IMG/VR virus record: IMGVR_UViG_2585427795_000009
Location: 1-37,639 of that record
Source of the DNA: a virus
Taxonomy: Duplodnaviria > Heunggongvirae > Uroviricota > Caudoviricetes
Reading direction: 5' to 3' (one strand)
DNA: 37,639 nucleotides
Part shown: positions 18,795 to 29,049 of the stretch, in pieces
Position numbering within the stretch: the first letter of the stretch is position 1
Layout of the letters: the number at the start of each line of letters is the position of its first letter
Translations under genes and position numbers: made by a program
The notes under the pieces: generated by a model
What the model was told of the DNA's origin: nothing
Database searches by the model: none
What the model saw: the letters and a program-made list of their open reading frames with translations, nothing else

Positions 18795-19532
18795 TTAACT
18801 GGCTTTCTTTTTCGGGCGTCCACGTTTTGCCGGTGTCGCACTCCGGGTCTTACGCGGGGCGCGGGTGACCGCTTTTGGCTCCGGCTTCGGTTTCAGCTCC
18901 CGCTCCAGTCGTTCAATCTCTTTTTTGACGCCTGCCTGACAGTCGAGCTGTGTCGCACGTTGCAGGTGTGCCAGCGCACCTGCGGCATCACCACCGTCAC
19001 GCAGAAACAGACCGGTGATTTTGTGCAGCTTTGCGCGCACTTCATCAGGCATGTCAGCCGTGGCGGTCAGTTCAAGGGTGTCCGTCAGCAGGCGGGTATC
19101 CACAGACTCACCGGCAGCGTGAGCGCGCATGGCCGCGAGCGCCACCTCCTCGGTGAACATGTACGGCGGGGTACGGCGGTGTTTACCCGGCATGGTCAGA
19201 CCGTACTTCAGGGCATAACGGGCAATCTCCAGCGCACCGGCAATATCGCCGGTATCCAGACGCCACAGCATGACTGTCATCAGAATGTCATCCTGTGCGC
19301 CTTTGCCCTGCTCCAGCACGCCGTTCACCCACGGCAACCAGAACGGCAGCAGTTCGCGTTTTTTCGCAGCCTTCAGCTCTTTTGAATAAATCGCTTTCAG
19401 TGTGCGCTGGTCTGCGGCGAGCTTAACCAGCATCTGCTCATAGACAGTTGCATGTCGCAGCGGGGCGGCTTCCCGCTGCGCGGTCATCGCTGCCGAGACC
19501 CGCATCATGTGGCGCTGTGCGGGACTCGTCAT
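18795..19532 (-). CDS. M: Terminase small (endonuclease) subunit gpM
   Basis: 245 aa, basic C-terminus, synteny N-M-L. Confidence 0.85.
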   Translation of the reverse strand: MTSPAQRHMMRVSAAMTAQREAAPLRHATVYEQMLVKLAADQRTLKAIYSKELKAAKKRELLPFWLPWVNGVLEQGKGAQDDILMTVMLWRLDTGDIAGALEIARYALKYGLTMPGKHRRTPPYMFTEEVALAAMRAHAAGESVDTRLLTDTLELTATADMPDEVRAKLHKITGLFLRDGGDAAGALAHLQRATQLDCQAGVKKEIERLERELKPKPEPKAVTRAPRKTRSATPAKRGRPKKKAS

Positions 19533-19535
19533 CGG

Positions 19536-20609
19536 TTACGCTCCCGGCTCTGCGGTCGCTTTAGCCGGTGTGGAGAAGTCACCGACCTTAATTTTTTCCA
19601 CCAGACAACCGGCGGCATAGTCTTCCACCACGTAATCAATGTTCATTGACTCGTAGTTCTCCACGCGGTCGAGTTTCGGGTTTTCCACAATCACGCGGCG
19701 ATGGCTGTCATCCATGTAGTAGATGGACAGGTTTTCCAGCTTCGTGATGAGCATCGCATCCGCCGGGAAGTACGGGACGCGTACCGCCGGCAGGTTGCCG
19801 ATGCGTTTCTGGCTGATGATAACGTCAGCGGCCAGCATTTCGCTGTTGTCCTGCTCCTTGTTGACGATGGGGAAATACTTGTCCGCCAGTAGCTGACGCC
19901 CCACAATCACCACAAGGTCAGGGTCTTCCTGATACCACGGCTCAATCAGGTTGTTGGTCGCATCCATCACCAGTGCATCGAGGCTGGCATAATCACCGCC
20001 CTTACCCACGCGGATGACCTCAGAGGTCGTGTGACCTTCCTCGTCAGTGACCTTGCTCATCACGCGCGCCGGGGCTTCATTGCGGTATTTCTGCAGCCAG
20101 CCGACCGCCACATCCTGCAGCATCGGATTGCTGCTGCGGTCAGAGGTTTCGGCACGCTTCACGCCGTTAAAACCGGCCATGATGAAATCAAGGGACTGAC
20201 GTTTGATAATGGCGTTACGGATACGGAGCTGGAAATCCTGATAACGCGCCCACAGGTCAAGCGTTTTGTAGCGGATATAAAAATCGAAGTTAATCTGGTC
20301 GCATTCGTACTTGTTTGACGCCAGCTTCGAGAAGTCCTTCGGCTGACGCTCGGTGCCACCGGCAGTGTCGGTGGTGCTGGCGATGGAGCCGGTGACACCG
20401 ATACCAATTTTTTCCCCTTTCATTTCGCTGACCGGCACAATGTTGATGCGGGTCAGAAAGTCAGAGGACTCCTGCATGGTGTTCATCAGGGTCTGGGTGA
20501 CCGAAGGTTCAACGGTGAATTTTTTCGACACATCACCGGCGTCAATGCCGTTCAGTTCGGCAACACGGGACAGGTAGGCATTAAATTTAAAGCGGGTTTC
20601 CTGGCGCAT
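19536..20609 (-). CDS. N: Major capsid protein gpN
   Basis: 357 aa, synteny O-N-M. Confidence 0.9.
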   Translation of the reverse strand: MRQETRFKFNAYLSRVAELNGIDAGDVSKKFTVEPSVTQTLMNTMQESSDFLTRINIVPVSEMKGEKIGIGVTGSIASTTDTAGGTERQPKDFSKLASNKYECDQINFDFYIRYKTLDLWARYQDFQLRIRNAIIKRQSLDFIMAGFNGVKRAETSDRSSNPMLQDVAVGWLQKYRNEAPARVMSKVTDEEGHTTSEVIRVGKGGDYASLDALVMDATNNLIEPWYQEDPDLVVIVGRQLLADKYFPIVNKEQDNSEMLAADVIISQKRIGNLPAVRVPYFPADAMLITKLENLSIYYMDDSHRRVIVENPKLDRVENYESMNIDYVVEDYAAGCLVEKIKVGDFSTPAKATAEPGA

Positions 20610-20667
20610 AGTTTTTCCTGAAATTAAGGGTTAATCGTGAAGGTTTTCCCGGACTGACTGACGCCGG

Positions 20668-21522
20668 TCAGCAGTTCGTCATCAGGGCGTCACCGCCACC
20701 GCCGGTGGCCTTGCTGCGGCGCTGCTGGGTCAGACTTTCGGTGTGGTCGAGACTGTTTTTCAGGCGGGTGAATGCCTGGCTGGTTTCATCCGCCCTGTCA
20801 GTCACCTCCTGCTTAAGTGCGGAAAAGGCGGTTTCCACCTCAGCGAGGCGCTGCTCAGTGGCGCTCAGTTTTTCCTGCACATGTTCAGCAACAGCGGTCA
20901 CCGCTTCATGCACGTCATTCAGACGGGCGTCATCGCTGGCCTGTTTGCGGCCAAAAATGGATTTCACCTTTTCGGTCAGGGCGGTGAACACGGTTTCAGG
21001 CAGGTCTTCAAATTCCAGCTCAACGGGCGTTGCCACTGAAATCAGATTTTCAGGGCTTAATTTGAAGCGGTTCAGAGGGTTGTGTTTTGCCGTGCGGCAG
21101 AATTCCAGGTATTCCGTGCCGAGGCTTGCCGGGTCATCGGTGACGGCCAGCCCCACCAGATAACATTTGCCGGTGTTGGCAAAGTTCGGCTGAATTTCCA
21201 TTGAGGTGTAGACCTTCTGCGCGGCCTTGTTCATCGCGATAAGGTCATCGGTCGGGGTGATTTTCGCAAACAGCGCCCATTTGCCTTTCAGCGCCGAATC
21301 ATCGTCAATCTTTTCGGCCTTCAGTTCGGTCACATCGCCATAACGCTTAAAAATACCGTCAGGCAGGATGCCGCGCAGATGTTCCAGGTTAATGCGGCAA
21401 CCATAGACTCGCGGGTCAAAGGTTTCGGCCATTTCCTGAATATCCTGCGCACTGATGACACGCCCGTCACAGGTGTCACCCTCAACGCCGATACGAAAGA
21501 ATTTTGAGACTTTTTTTGCCAT
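20668..21522 (-). CDS. O: Capsid scaffolding protein gpO
   Basis: 284 aa from ATG 21522 (MAKKVSKFFRIGVEG...). Confidence 0.88.
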   Translation of the reverse strand: MAKKVSKFFRIGVEGDTCDGRVISAQDIQEMAETFDPRVYGCRINLEHLRGILPDGIFKRYGDVTELKAEKIDDDSALKGKWALFAKITPTDDLIAMNKAAQKVYTSMEIQPNFANTGKCYLVGLAVTDDPASLGTEYLEFCRTAKHNPLNRFKLSPENLISVATPVELEFEDLPETVFTALTEKVKSIFGRKQASDDARLNDVHEAVTAVAEHVQEKLSATEQRLAEVETAFSALKQEVTDRADETSQAFTRLKNSLDHTESLTQQRRSKATGGGGDALMTNC

Positions 21523-21695
21523 TGTCAGGAGTCCTGAATAGTGATTAGAAGAGTCACATGTCGGCATCAGTTTCCCGACGATGCGCATCCTCCGCCATCA
21601 GTCCCGGATGGCTTATCACTGACACAACAGCACTTTAGCGAATCGCGGGGCGCGACTCAGTAGCCTTGCCGTGTATTCATCACGGCGAGGTATTC

Positions 21696-23468
21696 ATGAC
21701 CATCACCACAGACACCACTCTTTTACACGACCCGCGTCGTCAGGCGGCGCTGCTGTACTGGCAGGGGTTTTCCGTGCCGCAGATTGCCGCCATGTTGCAG
21801 ATGAAACGCCCGACGGTGCAGAGCTGGAAACAGCGCGACGGCTGGGACAGCGTTGCCCCCATCAGCCGTGTCGAAATGAGTCTGGAAGCGCGGCTGACCC
21901 AGCTCATCATCAAACCGCAGAAAACCGGCGGTGACTTCAAGGAAATTGACCTGCTCGGACGCCAGATTGAACGACTGGCACGGGTCAACCGTTACAGTCA
22001 GACCGGCAACGAGGCAGACCTTAATCCGAACGTCGCTAACCGCAACAAAGGCGGGCGTCGCAAACCGAAAAAGAATTTTTTCAGTGACGAGGCCATCGAA
22101 AAGCTGGAGCAGATTTTCTTTGAGCAGTCTTTCGAATATCAGTTGCACTGGTATCGCGCCGGGCTTGAGCACCGCATCCGCGATATCCTGAAATCCCGCC
22201 AGATTGGCGCGACGTTTTATTTTTCCCGCGAGGCGCTGCTGCGCGCCCTGAAAACCGGTCATAACCAGATTTTTCTGTCGGCCAGTAAAACGCAGGCGTA
22301 TGTGTTCCGCGAATACATCATCGCCTTTGCCCGGCTGGTTGACGTTGACCTGACCGGTGACCCGATTGTCCTGGGCAATAACGGCGCAAAACTGATTTTT
22401 CTCGGCACCAACTCCAACACCGCGCAGAGCCATAACGGCGACCTGTACGTCGATGAGATTTTCTGGATCCCGAATTTTCAGGTACTGCGTAAGGTGGCAT
22501 CAGGTATGGCCTCACAGAGTCACCTGCGCTCGACCTATTTCTCCACCCCGTCCACGCTGGCGCACGACGCCTACCCGTTCTGGTCGGGTGAACTGTTCAA
22601 CCGGGGACGCGCCAGCGCCGCCGAACGTGTGGAAATCGACGTCAGTCATAACGCCCTTGCCGGTGGTCTTCTCTGTGCGGACGGCCAGTGGCGGCAGATT
22701 GTCACCATTGAGGACGCGCTGAAAGGCGGCTGCACGCTGTTCGACATTGAACAGCTCAAACGCGAAAACAGCGCCGATGATTTTAAAAATCTGTTCATGT
22801 GTGAATTTGTTGACGACAAGGCGTCGGTGTTCCCGTTCGAGGAGCTGCAACGCTGCATGGTCGACACGCTGGAAGAATGGGAAGACTATGCCCCCTTTGC
22901 TGCCAATCCGTTCGGCTCCCGTCCGGTATGGATTGGTTACGACCCGTCACACCGTGGCGACAGCGCCGGATGCGTGGTGCTGGCACCGCCGGTGGTGGCC
23001 GGTGGCAAATTCAGAATACTTGAGCGTCATCAGTGGAAAGGCATGGACTTTGCCACTCAGGCTGAATCCATCCGCAAACTCACCGAAAAATACAACGTCG
23101 AATACATCGGAATTGATGCCACCGGCCTCGGTGTCGGCGTGTTCCAGCTCGTGCGCTCGTTCTATCCCGCCGCGCGCGACATCCGCTACACGCCGGAAAT
23201 GAAAACCGCAATGGTGCTCAAGGCCAAAGACGTTATCCGCCGTGGCTGTCTGGAATATGACGTCAGCGCCACCGACATCACCAGCTCGTTTATGGCTATC
23301 CGCAAGACCATGACCAGCAGCGGACGCAGCGCCACCTATGAGGCCAGCCGCAGCGAGGAAGCCAGCCACGCCGACCTCGCCTGGGCGACCATGCACGCCC
23401 TGTTAAATGAGCCACTCACCGCCGGTATCAGCACCCCGCTGACATCCACCATTCTGGAGTTTTACTGA
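21696..23468 (+). CDS. P: Terminase large (ATPase) subunit gpP
   Basis: 590 aa from ATG 21696 (MTITTDTTLLHDPRRQ...); divergent from O; stop overlaps Q start (TGATG). Confidence 0.9.
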   Translation: MTITTDTTLLHDPRRQAALLYWQGFSVPQIAAMLQMKRPTVQSWKQRDGWDSVAPISRVEMSLEARLTQLIIKPQKTGGDFKEIDLLGRQIERLARVNRYSQTGNEADLNPNVANRNKGGRRKPKKNFFSDEAIEKLEQIFFEQSFEYQLHWYRAGLEHRIRDILKSRQIGATFYFSREALLRALKTGHNQIFLSASKTQAYVFREYIIAFARLVDVDLTGDPIVLGNNGAKLIFLGTNSNTAQSHNGDLYVDEIFWIPNFQVLRKVASGMASQSHLRSTYFSTPSTLAHDAYPFWSGELFNRGRASAAERVEIDVSHNALAGGLLCADGQWRQIVTIEDALKGGCTLFDIEQLKRENSADDFKNLFMCEFVDDKASVFPFEELQRCMVDTLEEWEDYAPFAANPFGSRPVWIGYDPSHRGDSAGCVVLAPPVVAGGKFRILERHQWKGMDFATQAESIRKLTEKYNVEYIGIDATGLGVGVFQLVRSFYPAARDIRYTPEMKTAMVLKAKDVIRRGCLEYDVSATDITSSFMAIRKTMTSSGRSATYEASRSEEASHADLAWATMHALLNEPLTAGISTPLTSTILEFY

Positions 23469-24487
23469 TGAGCAAGAAAAAAGGGAAAACACCGCGACCT
23501 GCGGCAAAAACAATCACCGCCAGCGCCCCGAAAATGGAAGCATTCACCTTTGGCGAGCCGGTGCCGGTACTCGACCGCCGTGACATTCTGGATTACGTTG
23601 AGTGCATCAGTAACGGCAGATGGTATGAGCCACCGGTCAGCTTTACCGGTCTGGCAAAAAGCCTGCGTGCTGCCGTGCATCACAGCTCCCCGATTTACGT
23701 CAAACGCAATATTCTGGCCTCGACATTTATCCCGCATCCGTGGCTTTCCCAGCAGGATTTCAGCCGCTTTGTGCTGGATTTTCTGGTGTTCGGTAATGCG
23801 TTTCTGGAAAAGCGTTACAGCACCACCGGTAAGGTCATCAGACTGGAAACCTCACCGGCAAAATATCCCCGCCGTGGCGTGGAAGAGGATGTTTACTGGT
23901 GGGTGCCGTCCTTCCATGAGCCGACACCTTTCGCGCCCGGCTCCGTGTTTCACCTGCTGGAGCCGGATATTAATCAGGAGCTGTACGGTCTGCCGGAATA
24001 TCTCAGCGCCCTTAACTCTGCCTGGCTGAATGAATCAGCCACGCTGTTCCGCCGCAAGTATTACGAAAACGGCGCTCATGCCGGATACATCATGTATGTC
24101 ACCGATGCCGTGCAGGATCGCAACGATATCGAAATGCTTCGCGAAAACATGGTTAAGTCGAAAGGCCGCAACAACTTTAAAAACCTGTTTCTCTATGCCC
24201 CACAGGGGAAAGCCGACGGCATTAAAATTATCCCCCTCAGTGAAGTGGCGACGAAGGACGATTTTTTTAATATCAAAAAAGTCAGCGCCGCAGATCTCCT
24301 GGACGCACACCGCATCCCCTTTCAGTTGATGGGCGGTAAGCCGGAGAATGTCGGGTCACTAGGAGATATTGAGAAAGTGGCAAAGGTCTTTGTCCGCAAT
24401 GAACTCATTCCATTACAGGAGAGAATAAAGTCAATAAATGAATGGTTAGATATGGAAGTCATAAAATTCCTTGATTATAACTTATAA
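23468..24487 (+). CDS. Q: Portal protein gpQ
   Basis: 339 aa, synteny P-Q next to the cos region; last 25 or so codons are AT-rich. Confidence 0.88.
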   Translation: MSKKKGKTPRPAAKTITASAPKMEAFTFGEPVPVLDRRDILDYVECISNGRWYEPPVSFTGLAKSLRAAVHHSSPIYVKRNILASTFIPHPWLSQQDFSRFVLDFLVFGNAFLEKRYSTTGKVIRLETSPAKYPRRGVEEDVYWWVPSFHEPTPFAPGSVFHLLEPDINQELYGLPEYLSALNSAWLNESATLFRRKYYENGAHAGYIMYVTDAVQDRNDIEMLRENMVKSKGRNNFKNLFLYAPQGKADGIKIIPLSEVATKDDFFNIKKVSAADLLDAHRIPFQLMGGKPENVGSLGDIEKVAKVFVRNELIPLQERIKSINEWLDMEVIKFLDYNL

Positions 24488-24729
24488 GTAAATATATAAA
24501 GTTGGCGGAATGCAATCCCGCCAACTTAACTATATATGCGTATTTTCATGAAAGGAGATCACTCAATAACTTCCATCGAGATCGGGTAATAACATTTGAA
24601 CAGATCGCTGAATAACATCGATGGAGATCACTTTTGACTCATTTTGTTATTCAGTGATCTCCATCAATGTTATTGGAACTTCACAGGTGTGTTGATCTGT
24701 ATCTTTTGCCATTCCGGTAAAGGATACCT

Positions 24730-26271
24730 ATGCCAACAGTTCCAATTTCTATGAGAAAACTTAAAGAAATTCTTAGGCTTAAATACGGTGTTGGACTCAG
24801 CCATCGACAAATTGGTCGTAGTCTTGCAATCTCCCCTTCCGTTGTATCCAGATATGCTAATCGGGCGGCTCAACTTGGCATAAAGCAGTGGCCCTTACCT
24901 ACAGGATGGGATGATACAAAACTAAAACATGCGTTCCTTCAGACCCAGGTTAAGATGAAGAAGCACTCTCTGCCTGACTGGGCTACAGTACACCGGGAAC
25001 TGCGTAATAAATGCGTGACGCTGCAGCTACTCTGGGAAGAATACTGTGAGCGTAATCCAGGCGGTTTTTACAGCTATAACCATTACTGCCGGATGTACCG
25101 TGAATGGCTCAAAACCACTTCACCATCAATGCGTCAGGTACATAAAGCTGGCGAAAAACTTTTCGTTGATTACTGTGGACCTACCGTTGGCGTTACCGAC
25201 CCTGAGACCGGAGAAATAAGAACTGCTCAGGTCATCGTAGCTGTTCTCGGGGCATCAAGTTACACATGGGCAGAGGCCACCTGGTCTCAGCAGCTTGAAG
25301 ACTGGGTGATGAGTCATGTTCGCTGCTTCCAGTGGTTGGGTGGCGTTCCTGAACTTGTTGTTCCGGACAATCTGAAAAGCGCCACATCCAGGGCATGTAA
25401 GTATGATCCTGACGTTAACCCTACCTACCAGCAGATGCTTGAGCATTATAATGTCGCAGTTTTGCCTGCGCGGCCACGTAAACCGAAAGATAAAGCCAAA
25501 GCTGAAGTTGGCGTTCAGGTTGTTGAACGCTGGATCATGGCCCGAATCAGGCATGAGATCTTCTACAGCCTTGCATCGCTTAATCAGCGCATTCGGGAGT
25601 TGCTGGAAAGACTGAATAACAAAATAATGCAGAAGTTGGGTTATTCACGTGCAGAACTCTTCATCCAGCTTGATAAACCCGCACTGAAGCCTCTTCCTGA
25701 AGCCAGTTACAGTTACACCCTGGTGAAGAAAGTCAGAGTTCATGCCGATTACCACGTGGAAATCGACAAACATTACTACTCGGTTCCATGTTCGCTGTTA
25801 GGCCAGCAACTGGAAGCATGGATCTCCGGAGAACTGGTAAGACTCTTCAATCAGGGGCAGGAGGTTGCTGTGCACCCGCGCAAGCGTACTTATGGCTACA
25901 GTACCCGCAACGAGCACATGCCTGAAGCTCATCGACAGCATGCCACCTGGACGCCAGAGCGTCTTCTGGAATGGGCGGGGCACATAGGCAGTGAAACTCA
26001 TAGTTATGTGCTTCATATACTGAACTCTCGTCCACATCCGGAACAAAGCTATCGCTTCTGCCTTGGACTCCTGAACCTTCATAAAAAATACAGTAAAGCC
26101 AGACTTAATGCAGCATGTGCAAGAGCTCTGAAAACAAAGGTATGGCGTCTGTCAGGTATTAAATCGATCCTGGAAAAAGGTCTGGATAAACAACCTGTTC
26201 AGGATCCAAAACCAGATCTGTTATCCACGATGGAACACGAAAACGTACGCGGCAGTGAGTATTACCACTGA
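24730..26271 (+). CDS. istA: IS21-family transposase IstA
   Basis: 513 aa; N-terminal HTH (LSHRQIGRSLAISPSVVSRY), DDE-type core, SD AAAGGA upstream. Confidence 0.9.
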   Translation: MPTVPISMRKLKEILRLKYGVGLSHRQIGRSLAISPSVVSRYANRAAQLGIKQWPLPTGWDDTKLKHAFLQTQVKMKKHSLPDWATVHRELRNKCVTLQLLWEEYCERNPGGFYSYNHYCRMYREWLKTTSPSMRQVHKAGEKLFVDYCGPTVGVTDPETGEIRTAQVIVAVLGASSYTWAEATWSQQLEDWVMSHVRCFQWLGGVPELVVPDNLKSATSRACKYDPDVNPTYQQMLEHYNVAVLPARPRKPKDKAKAEVGVQVVERWIMARIRHEIFYSLASLNQRIRELLERLNNKIMQKLGYSRAELFIQLDKPALKPLPEASYSYTLVKKVRVHADYHVEIDKHYYSVPCSLLGQQLEAWISGELVRLFNQGQEVAVHPRKRTYGYSTRNEHMPEAHRQHATWTPERLLEWAGHIGSETHSYVLHILNSRPHPEQSYRFCLGLLNLHKKYSKARLNAACARALKTKVWRLSGIKSILEKGLDKQPVQDPKPDLLSTMEHENVRGSEYYH

Positions 26272-26282
26272 TACGGGATCCA

Positions 26283-27032
26283 ATGATGAATCATCTTTAC
26301 GAACAACTGACCGCACTTAAACTCACCGGCTTCCGTGATGCGCTTAAAAAGCAACTTGCTCAGCCGGGCACATACCAGGAGCTGGGCTTCGAAGAACGCC
26401 TGTCATTACTGACAGCAGAAGAACTAACCTGCCGTGAAAACAGGAAGGCAGAGCGTCTGATCAAACATGCACGGTTCAGACTTAATGCTGAGTTATCAAA
26501 GCTGGATTATCGTAACAATAGAGGGCTGGACAGGGCCCTCATCCGTTCACTCAGTCAGGGAAACTGGTTAACCCTGAAACAAAATATTTTACTGACCGGG
26601 GCCACCGGCAGCGGTAAAACGTTCCTGGCATGTGCACTTGGTCATAATGCCTGCCGACAGGGATACAAGGTCTACTATTATCGCCTTAAAGCGCTGATGG
26701 AACAGTGCTATCAGGGGCATGCTGATGGAAGATACAGCAAACTTTTGACCAGGCTGAATAATAGCGATCTGCTGCTTCTGGATGACTGGGGGCTGGAACC
26801 TCTCTCATCAGAACAGCGTAGCGACCTGCTGGAAATAGTGGATCTGATGTACCAACGAGGCTCAATCATCGTAGTGAGCCAGTTGCCGGTGGAAAACTGG
26901 TACAAAATGATCGGAGACTCCACACATGCGGATGCCATCCTAGATCGACTGGTTCATGGCAGTATCAAGATCGAACTTAAAGGAGAATCAATGCGGAAAA
27001 TACAATCTCCGTTGACCGAAGGAGATCAGTGA
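26283..27032 (+). CDS. istB: IS21-family ATP-binding helper IstB
   Basis: 249 aa; Walker A (LLTGATGSGKTF) and Walker B (LLLLDDWG); AAA+ IstB pattern. Confidence 0.9.
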   Translation: MMNHLYEQLTALKLTGFRDALKKQLAQPGTYQELGFEERLSLLTAEELTCRENRKAERLIKHARFRLNAELSKLDYRNNRGLDRALIRSLSQGNWLTLKQNILLTGATGSGKTFLACALGHNACRQGYKVYYYRLKALMEQCYQGHADGRYSKLLTRLNNSDLLLLDDWGLEPLSSEQRSDLLEIVDLMYQRGSIIVVSQLPVENWYKMIGDSTHADAILDRLVHGSIKIELKGESMRKIQSPLTEGDQ

Positions 27033-27118
27033 AGGTAATTTAAAAACGGTTCTGTGAAAGTGACACGAACCGATCTCCATCGATGTTACTCACCGATCTC
27101 CTTCACGGTAATACGCAA

Positions 27119-27826
27119 CTATATATACTTCCTTTTTACTCTACTTAATTCTATCACTGATGAGGAGTGACAAAATGACAAATTAATAGTATCGATATAA
27201 TCCAAAATTTGACTCTCAACCTCAATAAAAATATTTTTGGGCCCATTACTAATCGATATACCGATTTCATCCAAAACAGCCATCATTTTTCTCTGATGAG
27301 TTTTATATTTATAGTCTTTATTTTCCTCTGTAATATGTGCATTGGCTTCCTCAATAACACATTTGATTCTAGATATTATTTCTAGATAATCTCTCGAAAC
27401 AGATATATCACCGCCTTGCGCTTCAGGGAACATAACCCTATACCATCTAAAAAAATTAACTTTCTCTGGATAGATGCTACTTCTTTTAGTTAACTCAGCA
27501 CTTGCAAATTCTCTAAACATCGTCAGATGACTAGTGTAATTACTATTATTATTATTTTTAACTCCAGCGTTATATGTCATCAAAGCAATCATAACACCAA
27601 AAACGGTAACAAAAGTTGTTATAAGCCATCCAAACGCCTGAAAATACATTACTATACCAGATGTTTTTTCCGCAAAAAATTTTAAGCACTGGCTATCGAA
27701 GCATATATCACGCTCATATAGCTTTTCATTCTGAATAGTTTCAAAAAGAGAAATTAGCGAAAAAATCAAAAAAAGAGCTGACGACACACCGACAATATAT
27801 TTGAGAAGTCTAATATTTGCATTCAT
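27119..27826 (-). CDS. 2-TM membrane protein, candidate effector translationally coupled to the upstream reverse transcriptase
   Basis: 235 aa; two N-terminal TM helices (LLKYIVGVSSALFLIFSLISLF and GIVMYFQAFGWLITTFVTVFGVMIALM) then a roughly 150-aa soluble domain; its ATG overlaps the RT stop (ATGA); AT-rich. Confidence 0.7.
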   Translation of the reverse strand: MNANIRLLKYIVGVSSALFLIFSLISLFETIQNEKLYERDICFDSQCLKFFAEKTSGIVMYFQAFGWLITTFVTVFGVMIALMTYNAGVKNNNNSNYTSHLTMFREFASAELTKRSSIYPEKVNFFRWYRVMFPEAQGGDISVSRDYLEIISRIKCVIEEANAHITEENKDYKYKTHQRKMMAVLDEIGISISNGPKNIFIEVESQILDYIDTINLSFCHSSSVIELSRVKRKYI

Positions 27827-29049
27827 AATGGTTTTAAAGATGCCAATCTAGATTTAAAACACTCCAGTTTTTCTTTAAATGATTCAGAGCGAGTAAGAAT
27901 AATCATCTTATATCTCGTCAAATCATATTTTCTTTTATACCAATGTTTATTTTGATTACCTTTCGAATACGACAACTCTAAACTTTTTATAGCTGCATCA
28001 ATCACAGCAACATCTCTTTTAGATGGCATCGGTTTTATTGCCTGCAACTGTTTCTTGAATGATTCATATTTTTCATGCCCAACACGGCCAAGCTTATTCA
28101 CTCTCCCCATACATCTATTGAATTCTTTTCTGTATGCAACACTTGTTTTTGTGTTATTTTTTGCCGCCAGTAATTTCAAATTATGTATAGATGCCCTGAT
28201 TCTTTTGACTTCATCGGATGGTAGTCGAGGTGAGTCATAGTCAACTCTTAAACCATGTACTTTTATAGGTTCAGATGAACAGTGAAATATTTTAGTTTTG
28301 TGCTTATTTATCGGCAAGTCATGCTCAGAAAGCATCCTCTCTATATGGCTTTGCATTTGAGAAAAATCATAATTACTTATTTTAGATGACACGGTAATAT
28401 CATCTACCAAACGCGTATAAACAAGTCCTTTCCTCTGCGCACGTCTTACCACATCCCCTTCAACAGCGAATAAACACAAAGTTGCTATATAGCTTGATGT
28501 TAAGGCCCCCTGTACGACAAAATCATCCTTAGTACATATATCCACCAAGTATTCAAGAGCCTCATCCTTAATATGCAATATCTCCTCAAACACGCTCCTA
28601 ACCAGATCTCTATGGATATTATCGAAAAAATTACTTATATCCACCTTGAGAACTGTTTTTGCTCCACAATGAGCCTTTGCACATGAAACATAGTCACGTT
28701 TGACATTAGAATTTAAAACATCATTTTTACTGGGAACTGAACCAAACAAAAATGAAGGAAAAACAACCAATTCCTTAAAGATACGTTTATTAATTCTACT
28801 CTGTAATAATCTCATTTTAGGATGCAGGGAGTAGACAATCCGTTTGCTTCCGTCAATTTTGGGAATTTCTTTTAGAGTATATTTCTCATCTAATGGTAAT
28901 TCTGCAATAGCTTTAAGCTCTTCAACAGAAATCGATAAAGCCTTTGACAACTTTTCAAGTGTTGTGATAGGAGCATTGGATTTGCTGTATGGTTTAAATT
29001 TATCCATAAACATACCATTCAAATTCAAAGTTACGTACGGTCTTCCCAT
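27823..29049 (-). CDS. Retron-type reverse transcriptase (start uncertain: ATG at 29049, 29013 or 29007)
   Basis: RT motifs read directly: KRIVYSLHPKMRLLQSRI (motif 1-2), CAKAH-x5-VLKVDISNFFDNI (NAxxH-like plus motif A), QGALTSSYIATL (motif B), YTRLVDDITVS (motif C, YxDD), LPINKHKTKIF (motif E), IKVHGL in the position of the retron VTG motif; about 130-aa C-terminal extension. Confidence 0.82.
   Translation of the reverse strand: MGRPYVTLNLNGMFMDKFKPYSKSNAPITTLEKLSKALSISVEELKAIAELPLDEKYTLKEIPKIDGSKRIVYSLHPKMRLLQSRINKRIFKELVVFPSFLFGSVPSKNDVLNSNVKRDYVSCAKAHCGAKTVLKVDISNFFDNIHRDLVRSVFEEILHIKDEALEYLVDICTKDDFVVQGALTSSYIATLCLFAVEGDVVRRAQRKGLVYTRLVDDITVSSKISNYDFSQMQSHIERMLSEHDLPINKHKTKIFHCSSEPIKVHGLRVDYDSPRLPSDEVKRIRASIHNLKLLAAKNNTKTSVAYRKEFNRCMGRVNKLGRVGHEKYESFKKQLQAIKPMPSKRDVAVIDAAIKSLELSYSKGNQNKHWYKRKYDLTRYKMIILTRSESFKEKLECFKSRLASLKPL

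Larger units (their letters stand above)
24537..27117 (+). mobile_element. IS21-family insertion sequence (2581 bp) with 8-bp target site duplication ACTATATA
   Basis: Termini TGCGTATT...AATACGCA in inverted orientation, with internal repeated GGAGATC(A/G) motifs typical of multiple IstA-binding repeats; identical 8-mer ACTATATA at 24529..24536 and 27118..27125; encodes istA and istB. Confidence 0.85.

Noticed and set aside
21523-21695. Ogr-dependent late promoter dyads (TGT-N12-ACA) in the divergent O/P region
   Set aside because: I could not find a dyad with the expected 12-nt spacing (only GTGA-N9-TCAC and TGT-N11/14-ACA variants), so no specific operator is annotated despite the region almost certainly containing late promoters.
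21723-22433. 236-aa minus-strand ORF antisense to terminase P
   Set aside because: Lies wholly within the 590-aa P gene; antisense frame artefact.
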